A stretch of DNA of 64,000 nucleotides from Eledone cirrhosa. Taxonomy: Eukaryota. The stretch spans positions 41,230,001 through 41,294,000 of the forward strand of contig OZ024746.1 in assembly GCA_964016885.1 (NCBI GenBank), read 5' to 3'. A program made the position numbers and the translations under genes. The notes below the pieces were generated by a model that saw only the letters and a program-made list of their open reading frames with translations, had not been told where the DNA came from and did not search any database. Within the stretch, counting starts at the first letter, position 1. Each line of letters starts with the position of its first letter. Below are positions 1-13,067 of the stretch, in pieces.

Positions 1-286
1 ACCCCCCCCCCTCACCAAAAAACAAAAAAAAAAGTGGGAAAAAAAAATCAATGACACCCCTTCCTCCCCCGCTCTGTTTCTCCATTAAAACTAATCAAAT
101 CATCGGATCTCATAATGTCCTCATGTTTCGATGGTAGACTGTAAACTGAGAAAATTTCTTGAACAAATAAGTAAACAATAGAGAAAATACAAACTGAAAT
201 GAGAAAAGACACTAACAACAACAGCAACAATAACAATAAAAATAATGACAACAACAAAAACAATGATAACAACAACATTCACTTAC

Positions 287-349
287 GCAAAACACAAAAA
301 AATTGTTAAGTTTATTTTTTCTGTGTTGCAGTAAAAGATATATTAGCAG
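287..349 (-). other. Candidate 63-nt exon
   Basis: Acceptor ttctattgcAG (350-351) and consensus donor GTAAGT (286-281). Confidence 0.3.
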
Positions 350-359
350 CTGCAATAGA

Positions 360-897
<538 letters not shown>

Positions 898-956
898 ATA
901 GAAATGATACAAGAAACCAGAAGAAAAATATAAAGAAATACAGCTACCATTAGACA

Positions 957-1067
957 TTATGTCTGTGATATTTTCGGAAGTAGGTCATCTTCATTATCTG
1001 AGTCGCCAGTCCAGTCCTGCCTCATCGGCCACCTTTCCTTCCTCAACACCACCACCAACACTAGTAG
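957..1067 (-). other. Candidate terminal coding exon of an unidentified host gene
   Basis: Minus-strand acceptor ctgttgctactcctgcAG at 1068-1069; non-repetitive; reads [36 protein letters not shown] (phase 0) or xTSVGGGVEEGKVADEAGLDWRLR* (phase 1). Confidence 0.3.
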
Positions 1068-1087
1068 CTGCAGGAGTAGCAACAGCC

Positions 1088-1100
1088 ATGTGTATGTATG

Positions 1101-1134
<34 letters not shown>

Positions 1135-1204
1135 TGTATGTATGTATGTATGTCTGCGTTGTATGTTAAAATTGTGTTCATTAAAAAAGTATACCTTATA
1201 TTTC

Positions 1205-1266
<62 letters not shown>

Positions 1267-1626
1267 ATTTGTGTGTGTATATATGTGTGTTTATATGTAT
1301 GCATATGCATACATAAATGCATATATACATACACACTCACACAAGCGTGCACACGCATATATACATATATACATATATATATATATATCTATATATCTAT
1401 ATATATATACATATATATACATACACACATACACATATATATATATACACACACACACATATATACATACACACACATATATATATATATGCATACATAT
1501 ACATACATATATATGTATACATACACACACATATATACATACACACACACACGCACACACATATATATATATATACGCATACATATACATACATATATAT
1601 GTATACATACACACACATATATACAT

Positions 1627-1671
<45 letters not shown>

Positions 1672-1718
1672 CGCATACATATACATACATATATATGTAT
1701 ACATACACACATATACAT

Positions 1719-1808
<90 letters not shown>

Positions 1809-1888
1809 ATGTATACATGCATACATATACATACATATATATGTATACATACACACACATATATATATATACATACATATATATATAA
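1088..1888. repeat. Compound (TATG)n/(TA)n/(CA)n microsatellite block
   Basis: Direct reading. Confidence 0.95.
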
Positions 1889-2232
1889 GAAATATTAAAG
1901 GCTGCAGAGATAGGTAGCATAGCTGCCATTACAGATATCATTTTTTCAAAGACAGAATGCAAATGGGATTGTAATTGTTTTTCCTTGTTGCAATGCTCAC
2001 TGTTATCATTATAAAATATTGTAAACACTTTAATGAATGCATAGGAAAAGAAATACTTTTTTCTTTCTTCTTTAGTGGTGTAGTTGGCACAGGCATTATA
2101 GGACTTTATATCATCTCTATTGATTCCATTGAACAGTTTACTTTCAAATGATATAAAGTCTGTCATTGTTTTTTGAAAGGTATGCATCCCGATGCAAATG
2201 ACTATGGTAATAATAGTTGACCCCTGTAAGTA

Positions 2233-2435
2233 ATGATTTCTGATTTAGGCACAAGGCCGGAAATTTCGAGGGAGAGGAAAGTCGATTAAATCAACCCCAG
2301 TGCATGACTGGTACTTTATTTTATCGACCCTGTAAGGATGAAAGGCAAAGCTATCCTCGGTGGGATTTGAATTCAGAACGTAAAGAGCCATAAGCTCTAT
2401 GCTGCAAAGCATGGTGTCCAACGCTCTACCAATTC
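2233..2435 (-). mobile_element. tRNA-derived SINE with Deu/Nin-like central domain (family A)
   Basis: Reverse complement of the B-box (GTTCAAATCC-like) and GCCTTTCATCCTTAC-GGGTCGATAAAATAAAGTACCAG motif seen in many copies in the window. Confidence 0.8.
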
Positions 2436-3395
2436 TGGATGCATGTGGCTAAGTGGTAAGGGTATTGGACTTAAAATCATAATGTCGTGGGTTCAATACC
2501 TGGACTGGGTTGTGTGTTATGTTCTTGAGAAAAACACTTCATTTCATGTTGCTCCAGTATACTCAGCTGAAAATGAGTACCAGGTTTAACTTTTTGGTGG
2601 ACTAGCACCTTGTCCAGGGAAGAGTCTTATACTTTCAGTCGATTCATGCCATGGAAAGTGGGATAAGAACTGGGCTGATGAGCGACGAGGCTCAAGACAG
2701 ACTTTAGACTATAAATAATACTAAAACAAGGAGAGAAGTGCTTGTGAGTGGATACCTCAGTTCATTTTCCCCCTCATCTTCAGGGATACTTTATCTGATT
2801 CTTTCAACTATTATTTATTGTCATTGACTATTATTATTATGGTCTTAGATTGGAGTGAGTGCATTTCAGTGAAGGTGCAATGCTTAGTGGTTAGAGGGTT
2901 GGATTCGCAATCGTGAGGTTGCGAGTTCAAATCTTGGTCTAGGTGATCCGTTGATATCCTTGAGCAAGACACTTTATTTCCTGTTGCTCTTTCTGCCAGG
3001 AGTTGCAACTGGTAGATAGTATCAGCAATGGAAACATTGTTTCCTTGATCCAATTTGACGAGGTCCACCCAACTCGGCAAGTGAATGAAGTTTGGGATCT
3101 TGTCGATCGATCAGAGCGAGAGCGAGCATTTTAAAAAATAAAAATCTTCCCCGAATGTTTCTTAAGTCAAACAGTTGTTTTGTCATTGTTCTTTATTTCA
3201 TTGATAAAATATGTACCAGTCATATGCTATGGCTCAATTGATTACATACTCAATCCCACTGTATGACATATTGAACAAATGCCTTTCATTATAGCCTCAG
3301 GTTGATTCAAGCTTTGTGTAGACAAAAACTATATGGATTGACCTGATTTGACCTGAGAATTATGTTAATGGTGTGTTTGTGAAATACTCAGTCAC

Positions 3396-3650
3396 TTAAC
3401 CCATTAGTATGTACACAATAATTTCATTATTATCATTATTATTACTCTATATTTTCTATTATATTTTCGTGGTAAAGGTTTTACCTTACATAATTATCTC
3501 ACATAATATCAAATCTTTAAGATTTTGATATTATTTATTTCGAGAACAGTACCTTAACATCAGTATGAGCAGCCAGTTATGGCCAGTTTGAACAGAAAGA
3601 GGTGAGAGAATTCTGGCTGGATATGGCCAGTTTAAATGCTAAAGGGTTAA
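3396..3650. mobile_element. piggyBac-like MITE (TTAA-flanked), family P1
   Basis: TTAA-CCCATTAG...GCTAAAGGG-TTAA termini; homologous copies at 8592, 54751, 57332. Confidence 0.8.
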
Positions 3651-6273
3651 CCCATTAATTTAACAAGTAGAAGATCCAGTTAATTGAACAACTGAATAAT
3701 GTTCATTGTGGTAACCAATGGAGAAACTATCATCATTGGTTTAATACTAATTTTTTTCTTTCTCTATTAACAATTACCATCAAGTATATAGGTTGACAGG
3801 AATATGACATATAGATAATTTAATCTTATTTTAAAGCTGAAATTATTATGAGCATTGAGAACTTTTGCCAATAAATATCTTATGGTCATTTGACTCTTAT
3901 TCCTCTTCTCTCTTTCTCATTCTTCTTTGTCTTCCTCCATTTTCTTATCTTCCTTTTTCTGCCATTCTGAAGGTCTTAAATATTCCATGTTGTGGTCAAT
4001 AAAGCTATATGAGCTAAGCATTATAATTGGTAAACTGGAATATAATTTTATAAACTAATATATTATCATTTAAACATAATACATTAAGTTTATAAATAGC
4101 AGCAGAAATGTAAAATAGATTTCAAGCAACCAGTTAAGTAATTTGAGAGGAAACCTAACTTAATCAGACAACCAAATAACTCATCCTAAGCTAATGTCAG
4201 GTCTCAATGTCCTGTTAGAAATAGCAGCCCAATCTTCATCAAATCCATCTCTGCTGTCTTATATAAAAACAATACATGTAAGACCATGAGTTTGATTCCC
4301 AGTAGCACATTGTGACCTTGAGCAAGACACTTATTTCCCCAGGCAAAAATAAGTTGTCTGTAATTGTGATCGTCATCATTGTCACCATTGTAATTATCAT
4401 TTTTATTGTCTGCTTTTCCATGCCAGCATAAGTTGGGTATGATTTGGGCATGAGCCACTATTCACAGCACATCTTGATACCCCTTGTAGTGCACTAATTT
4501 GCTGTCCACCCAATTTCATTGAATGGTGTAGCAGTATCAACTATTAATATTCAACATAAAGTGAGAGATGACAGCATAGTTAGTTGTTATTCTGTGTAAT
4601 TTGTATGCATCTATTATGAATTTTAATAAACTGCAAAAATCCTAATCTACTTTTCAATAAAATCACCCATTCTAGTATAAGGTATGTTTGGGGGAGCTAC
4701 AGACACAGAGGATGTTGAGCTGGATCATGGGAATGGTGTGAAGCGGGGAGGGGTGGAAATGTTTTGTTACATGGTGGACATATGTTGAATTGAGAAACAT
4801 GGTGGATCAGACTCAGTGACAGTAGATCGAATGATCAGATGTACATGGAAGACTTGGGAACTGAGTGGTGTGCTGACAAAGCTATTCAATGGCCAGGTGG
4901 TAACTGTTAAACTGAATGACAGATTAAGTCTACTGCTTGGTTGAGACTTGCTTTTTCATCAATTAAATAAGAGTACCAGTAATATACTGGTTTCTTACTC
5001 AAGCACAATGTTTCAGTCGATTATATCAACCTTGGTATTTTACCAGTAATATATTGAGGATAAGTTCCTTCAACTCTACTCATCTCAAAATTTAGTCTTG
5101 CATCAAGTCCAAACGAAAATCAATAAGAAAGGTTTCTTAAATATATATATAAAGAAAATAAACAACAACAATAACAAAAACAAACAAACAAAAAACTCAA
5201 TTAAATAGAGACCAAATAATGCATTAAAATGTCTGAACCATTTTTTTCTAAATCTAATAGCAAATATTTATTCCATAGCATATATGAAAATATTTTAATA
5301 TTAAGTTTGATAATGGGGTATTTATAGTAGCAACAAATAAAAATATCAACATTTAGACGGAAAACAAAAGTCTGTATTATTTATGAGATAAAAATAAAAT
5401 AAATGGATAATCTATAATTTTGTAGTTGCTTAAATATTTGTAACATTGGAACATTTTATATTCATCTATTTTATTAGATTACATATCTTTATATTTTTGT
5501 TTTATATGGATACTTTCAATTATTCATATCTTGTCCATTTGTGAATTGTGGTACAAGCGTCGATATTATGGCCTCCAGCTATGTATGAATACTTTAATTC
5601 AGTTCTGTAAGTTCACAAAACCTCCGTTTATTATATGAGGTTTCTGCTACTGACAACAAACAGTAAGTTGTATGAGTTATATTACAGCTATCCACAAAGA
5701 AGCGGATAGAGCCACCAAAATTAAGTGTCTCAGTGAAGCACATAGGGCAAGTCATCTGATATGAACCGTTGTCTTCGCTTGTATTTTGAACATTTTATCG
5801 ATTTATTTATGTTCGTAAATGTTTGATCCTGCAAGAAGTTATATTCAAGAAAGATAATCAGTTGTTGACGATAAGAGTTACTTCCCCTGTTTCAAGTCGT
5901 TAAACAAGGGTTTCGCATAAACTGTCAACCCTTGTTATGGTGGATATGGGTAAAAAATAAAAAAAATAAAATATATAAAAATAAAACAAATAAAAATAAA
6001 AATAAAAGTTACTACATTGCTTTCCTAACTCCGTTGCGAAATCATGTTTATTTAATCTGTGACATTTGGTTACTTACTACGTATCAGTGTTAATGCCATC
6101 TCAAACACACTCCCTGTTTACTTTTATTCTATGTAACAAGACTAAATGTATGACAGAATGAATAATAACAATAACGATGTTGCTGGTGATGGTGATAAAT
6201 ATTTCAACAATACAAAACTGCCATCAACAATAATTGATGAAAATTATTTCCAAAACCAGACCAGCTACTGTAG

Positions 6274-6583
6274 CAGCGTTTCTCAACCTTTTTACCCTTG
6301 TGGAACCCTTGAAATAGTTTTCATGTCACAGGGAACCCCTGCATAAAAATTATTATATACCATTATTAATATCTATCTGTTTTACAGGGTAAAGCTTTTA
6401 TCATAATAACCAAGGATTTTCCAACAATATGCCATATGTGTATAGTAAAATTACAAATATAAAATTAAACAAAAATTACTCAAAAATGTGTTAGCTTATA
6501 TATCACTGTTTTTCACATAACCCCCCCAGTGGAATCTCTTTCAGAATCCTAGTGTTTCGGGGAACACTCATTGAGAAATGCTA
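6274..6583. mobile_element. hAT (Charlie-type) MITE
   Basis: TIRs CAGCGTTTCTCAA / TTGAGAAATGCTA; 8-bp TSD tactgtag/tactatag. Confidence 0.8.
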
Positions 6584-7290
6584 TACTATAGACTCAAAAG
6601 TTTATCCACCTTAAACCTCTCAAATGTTTATACTCAATTCCAATCTTTTATCTAACTAGAAAGTAAATCTACTCATTCTTATTGAGGTGGAAAGATAATG
6701 ATTTCTAATTTATGCACAAGGTCATCAATTTGCGAGGAGGGGAAAGTTGATTATTCTATTACTAGTACTTTAGTTTTATCAATCTCAGAGGAATTTGAAC
6801 TCAGAATGTAAAGAGTTAGAATAAAGACCACAGTGGCATTCTATCTGATACTCTATCAATTTTGCTACGAATCCCACACACATCATTATGATCATAGAGT
6901 TTTTCTGAAAGTACAACATAATCTTATATATGACAATCTAGAAGAAACATCATCATCATCATTATCATCAGCATCAGCACCATTACCATCATCGTTATCA
7001 GTATTTTATACTTGATTTTTTGGCAAAGTTTTTACATACAGCTGGATACCCTTTTTAATGCCGACCACCTTACAGATTGTACTGGATATATTTTATCATG
7101 ACAATAACACTAGAGGGGTTTGTCATGTTCTTTACATGACTCAAGAGTCATTATTTAATGCTATCTACTATTTCTTTCCATCATCATCATCCTCATTGTC
7201 ATTTAACATTCACTTTCCCAGCTAGCAATAGTTGAACCAGTTGTCACAGACCATGCCATTAATAAATCAGAGCCACAGATCTTGCACTGT

Positions 7291-7357
<67 letters not shown>

Positions 7358-7359
7358 TA

Positions 7360-7412
<53 letters not shown>

Positions 7413-7496
7413 CTTTGAGGTATTTGTTCTGGCTCTCTGAACAGTGAATTCAAAACCTTTATTGCCAATATTTTCAACTATTATTTATAGTGACTG

Positions 7497-8507
7497 GCTA
7501 TTCTTAAGGTAACTTGCATAGGGATGACTACATTTCAAATTTTCCTAATGCTTCTTAAGTCACCCAGTTTGATGACCCTCATCTGATAGTTCAGTAAAAT
7601 GAGATGCTAATAATGACAAAAGCTTTTTTGTCTTCTGCCCAACTCCTCTGCACATCTCAAATGCTATAAGTTGAAAAATATAATTCACGGGTAAAATATA
7701 AATATAAACTTTGGTAAAACGATCTTATTTGTTTTTTGTTTCAGTTTAGCACCATCATCTGATTCTTAGGTCCTTTAAACCTTTTTAATGTCAACATGCC
7801 CCCCCCCCCCCCCAAACAACTAGTTTTTAGGTTCTTTTAACTTTTTTAATGCCACCTTCCTTCAAAATGACTGATTCTTAGGTCCTTTTAGTCTTTTTTA
7901 ATGCCAACCTGCTCCCCAAACCAACTGGTTCTTAGGTTCTTTTAGCCTTTTTGATGCCAACATACCCACCAAACCAACTGGTTTTTAGGTCCTTTTAGCC
8001 TTTTTTATGCCAACCTACTCCCCAAACCGACTGCTTCTTCGGTAGATTTCAGGTAGTTCACTATGTTGCAAGTATTTTGACTGTCAGACAAGTGATTCTT
8101 CTTTTGTTCATGTTTTTCCTCAATACATAAATGTTCAAAGTAAACATTGGCCACAGTAATCTCTCCAGTCAGGGAATGTCGACAAAGATCATGTGGCTTT
8201 CCTCTTCTTCCCTGACTAACTAATATATAAAAATAAAAATATCTTTGGGAAGAATTAGCAGAATAGTACACAGATTAAGCTTGTTGTTAACAACTTAAAA
8301 CATTACATCTGGATGAACATGAAAACATTCCACTAATAATTCTTTATTATGTTGTTTTAACTATGAGAATCCAACTATAATTATGTTCTGCATGTTATAC
8401 TCAAGTTAGAAGAGTAAACAAAGTGGCTGACTTAAGAAGCACTGGGAAAATTTGAAATTTGAAATTTGAAATGTCGTCATCCCTATGCAAATTAGCTTAA
8501 GAATAGT
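7497..8507. mobile_element. Non-autonomous DNA transposon with ~75-bp terminal inverted repeats and an internal ~55-bp tandem array
   Basis: 7497-7570 is the reverse complement of ~8420-8507; tandem units at 7760-8035. Confidence 0.65.
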
Positions 8508-8591
8508 TGATAAAATTTGTTCATTTTTTTTTCTATCACTAAGGGTATTTACCCAATTTTCTCAACTATTATTTATAGAGACTGGCTATTC

Positions 8592-8804
8592 TTAACACAT
8601 TAGCGTTTACATTACTCTATATTTACTATTGTATTTTCACAGTAAAGGCTTTACCTGACATAGTTATCTCACAAGATTTTTAGATTATTTATTTTGAGAA
8701 CAATACCTTAATATCAGTATGAGTGGCTGGTTACAGCTGGTTTGAATAGAATGAGGTGAGAGGATTCTGGCTGGATATGGCCACTTTAAATGCTAAAGGG
8801 TTAA
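8592..8804. mobile_element. piggyBac-like MITE family P1
   Basis: TTAA on both sides; uninterrupted target (ttcTTAAggt) visible in the related sequence near 7500-7510. Confidence 0.85.
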
Positions 8805-8956
8805 GGTAATTTGCATAGGGATGACATTTCAAATTTATAATAGTATGGCTGTTTGATGAAGATATTCTGGCTTGAATGTAAATATATTAACTACAAGAAA
8901 ATAGACTAAATAAATAAAGTTGAACTTTATTTAAAGAATTTCATCTCTGTTGTTTA

Positions 8957-9305
8957 TGGTGGCAAAATGGCAGAGTCATTAGAAAGTCAGATAGAATGCT
9001 TTGCGGCATTCATTTTGGCTCTCTGCTCTTGGAGTTCAAATCCTACCGAGGTCAACTTTGCTTTTCATCCTTTCGAGGTCGATAAAAAAAGTACCAGTTT
9101 AGTACTACGGTGAATTCTTCCTCTATATCTCTTTCCCAATTTCCTCTCCCTCACTTTCTATCTTTCTCTGGAATAAATCTGCTATATTCAGGCCTGGAGA
9201 GGGATGGGCTCTGCCAGGCTTAAAATGCCCAAGAAATGCCATATGTCAATACAGCGGCCCCTATGACTCTATCAGGAGTTACAGGACCATACATAAATAC
9301 ATACA
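8957..9305 (+). mobile_element. SINE family B (tRNA head + Nin-like domain + distinct 3' tail ending in ATAC repeats)
   Basis: Homologous copies at ~21371-21686, 57615-57815, 58793-59072. Confidence 0.7.
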
Positions 9306-9352
9306 TCTCTGTTGTTTAGAAATAATCCAGCCTCTTGTATATATGTCTAAGT

Positions 9353-9825
9353 CAGTCATGGGAAAACTATGGCCCACGAGCTGCATGTGGTATGTTTGGC
9401 TTTCTGAATGGCACACCTAATTTCAAAATTGCCTTGAACTTTTTAGTGGTGCAGCCCACTTTATGATGAGTCACATTCTATGCAACCCACTCCTCAAAAA
9501 ATGTTGCCCATGCCAAGAGGCATAATTAGGGAAAATAGCACCCACCTATGGCAAGCAGTGAAATTGTGCTCCTGTCCAGCACTGTATTTTTACCTATGGG
9601 CCTAATAATTTATATAATTTATATATATAGTTTAAAGATCCAGCCACTATAATGTTTCTCACCCATCATAATCAGAGACAGATTATACATCTGAAGGAGT
9701 TTCTTTTTTCACTCTCCAACGAGGCTTATTTGACTTTAATAGAACATGCTCCTAGTCCAAGTGGCGCCCCCTTCATGGAACGTGCCATGCTTACCTTACC
9801 CTAGTCCCGCCTCTACCCATGCCTA
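9353..9825. mobile_element. hAT MITE with a second hAT MITE (9515-9815) nested in its right TIR
   Basis: Outer TSD gtctaagt (9345-9352, 9826-9833); inner TSD cccatgcc (9507-9514, 9816-9823). Confidence 0.8.
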
Positions 9826-9925
9826 GTCTAAGTATTGAATTTAAGCAATAGTGGATTTATCTGTTAAAATATCTTGTATGAGAATAACTATATCAATTGT
9901 CCTAAATATTTCAAACCTGACTATG

Positions 9926-10968
9926 TAATAATAATAATGTTAATGAAATTATTGTGTACAGTGCTCAGGTGCACTACAACTCGTCAAAGGTGCATGTATA
10001 GTACATAGAATAATATACAAATGTCAGGGAAGTGAATAGTGTATGAGTCATGATATACATCTGTGCGTGTGTATGGAGGGGGAATATTAGGTGTAGTGTT
10101 GGCGAATCTCAGGAAGCATGTAGGTTTTAAAGGATGCAGTGTCTCGACAGCTAATAACTGATGCAGGGAGTTTGTTCCATGCTCAGTGTGAAAAAATGTT
10201 TCCGAAGGTCATGGGAGCTGTGCTGTTTTCTGACTTTGTGGGCATGCCCATATGTGTTAGACACGTGGAAATCAAAAAGGTACTCACGGTTGTTGTTGGC
10301 AAGATGGTTAATAATTTTGTGGGTGTTTACCAAGTCAGTTGCCACACGTCGAAGTAAGGCATTCAGAGTATGGTAGATGCCTGATGGAGAGTATTCACTT
10401 GGTTGCACGACTCTGAACAGTTCCCAGGCAGTCAATGTTTTGAGCAAGATAGGGGTTCCAGACTGCACCATAGCTATAGACAGCTTTAAATAGATAGCTG
10501 GAGAACGGCTGACAAAGGTCTTGCTGAGTAATGCTAAGACACCCTCGGCCTTCTTGACAATTTTAGAGATGTGCTTCGTCCAATGCAAATTGCTGCTGAC
10601 CGTAATGCCCAGGTCACACTCACAAGAAGACTTCTTGATATTAGTGTTGTGGAGGGAGTATGTGGACACTGGGTTTTTACTCCCAAAATGCATGATGGTA
10701 CACTTGTCCACAGCTAGTTTGAGTTGCCAGTCTGTGATCCATTGTTGCATTGTGTCCAGGTCAGATTGCAGGCAAGATCTATAGTGTTCAGGATCTGTCC
10801 TTTTTATCTCAAGGTACAGCTTGATGTCATCTGCATATTTCAGTACTGTGGCATTCTTTAAGTTGGCATCTATGTCATTAATATATGCCACAAACAAAAG
10901 GGGGCCAAGAACAGATCCCTGTGGTACACCAGATGACATCTCATATGGTGAGGAATGCTGTCCTAGAA
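9926..10968 (-). mobile_element. 5'-truncated CR1-group LINE (RT C-terminal half + 3' UTR, ATT tail)
   Basis: SGVPQGSVLGPLLF and KYADD motifs; closely related to the 13068-14760 copy; internal deletions. Confidence 0.92.
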
Positions 10969-12346
10969 TCGTGTAGCTATTAGCAGTAGAATATCTGATA
11001 ATAACTAGAATGATGGAATGGTTGGAGGTTCTAGTAAAATTTATAATTTCATGAAAAATATAGATGTAACAGTAAAAAATGGTGTAACATATCAATTGTC
11101 TCTATTCAAACATTAATGATTATTTCTGGAATATGACTCAATCAAGCTGAAAAACACAAATGATATCAAATCGAAGTGGTTTTATAATACAACTTGATAT
11201 GATGCAACAATATTTTTTATTCAATTGAATCTGACACTAATGGGAACGATAGACATCTTCTTCTTCTTCTTCTTCTTCTTCTTCTTCTTCTTCTTCTTCT
11301 TCTTCTTCTACTTCTTCTTCTTCTTCTTCTTTTTCTTCTTTTTCTTCTTCTTCTTCTTGAGTCGTCCTTCCATTGAAGGTGAAGCACTCCTTTTGCTTTT
11401 TCTAATGGCTAGAATATGTGCAGCTCACCACGCCTGCATACTCATAGACTTCTTCTCTAACTGGAGCAGTTGTGTCAGCCCATTATCGAATTAATAGTCA
11501 ATCATCTGCGAAGCCACTGGTGACTTAGCATAGCTGTAGTCTATTAACTAAAACTAGTAAAAAAATAAAAGAATAAAAGAACTGAAATATATTTGAAAAT
11601 GGGTAAGTTTCACTTATAAAAGATCAATTAAAATGCTCCTGGAAGTATGTTGAAAACCAGACTAAGGATTCTAGATAGAAAAAACATTATTTAATGAAAT
11701 CATAGCCACTTCCACAGAAGATAAAATGATTTCCTCAAAACCATTTTCCAACAGGTTATTCATTGATGATGATCTAAACTTTATGTCTCAACCACTTAAT
11801 ATTACTTAATAGTGAAGGTGCCTGACATAGTGGTTAGGGTGTTCAGCTCATGATTGTAAGACTGTGTGTTCAATTTCTGGCTGTGTGATGCACTTTATTT
11901 CACGTTGCTCCAGTTCACTCACTTGGAAAAAAAAAAATGAGTTGTATTTGTAATTCAAAGGATCAATCATGTTACACACTGTGTTATACTGAATCTGCTT
12001 GGGAATTACTTTAAGGGTATATGTGTCTGTGAAATGCTTAGCTACTTGCATGTTAATTTTATGAGCAGGCTGTTTCATTGATGAAACAACTGGAGCACTC
12101 ATTGGTGGAACTGATGCAAGTCCAACATACATTACTTCATATTAATATCATGAAATCTATAATGTTTTCTAAACTGGTGGTATCAAATGGACAGCAAATT
12201 GGCATAGTCATTAGAGTATTGGATAAAATGCCTTGCTTTATAAGATCTGATTCTCTGTACCCCATTGAGTTCAATTCCCACTCAGGTCAATTTTGTTCTT
12301 CATCCTTTTGGAGTTAATAAATTGACACACACAGAATATATATATA

Positions 12347-12412
<66 letters not shown>

Positions 12413-12463
12413 TATATATATATTCTGTGTGTGTCAATTTATTAACTCCAAAAGGATGAAGAA

Positions 12464-12527
<64 letters not shown>

Positions 12528-13067
12528 TGCAGCTACACGAAGGACGTCTAAAGGAAATCATAGAATTTTATTAAGAATCTTTACATTTAACAGAAAAAAC
12601 ACTCTTTAACTTAAATATCCTTTAAAAGTCTATGGAAGATTACACATTAAGTATGAAAATATTATCAGTAGCCTAACTAAACTACATCAAGGATAAAATT
12701 CTTGTTGAAAATGTGAAAAAGAATAGCATGAAATCAATAGTAATATAAAAGGAAATTGTAGTATTAAAATCATATTAGAAAGAAGATGAGCCTACACTTA
12801 AGGCATTTGATTTGTCTTCAAAGCTGTTTAGACAGAAGAAATCCTATAATATAATGACAGGTAAAGTCAACCTCATTAAACATGAATTTCAACAGCCATC
12901 AACAATAGATCATTTACACAAATTATTTAAGAAGTGAAGCAACAAACTTAAGATACAACTCATTGATAAATTCACTCAGAACAGTTACTAAACAGGCAAG
13001 ACATAGATTTGAGAATGACCTACACTCTGTCTCTTAGTTGTAAAATCTCTAAAATATTAACATTATT

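Noticed and set aside
2670-2700. CTGATGA followed by a hairpin as hammerhead
   Set aside because: Part of a SINE 3' region; no correctly placed GAAA/UH
11500-13050. Protein-like stretches (also 14761-15130, 52860-53130, 55900-56550, 59150-59500)
   Set aside because: Riddled with stops; no motif identified with confidence; probably ancient TE debris
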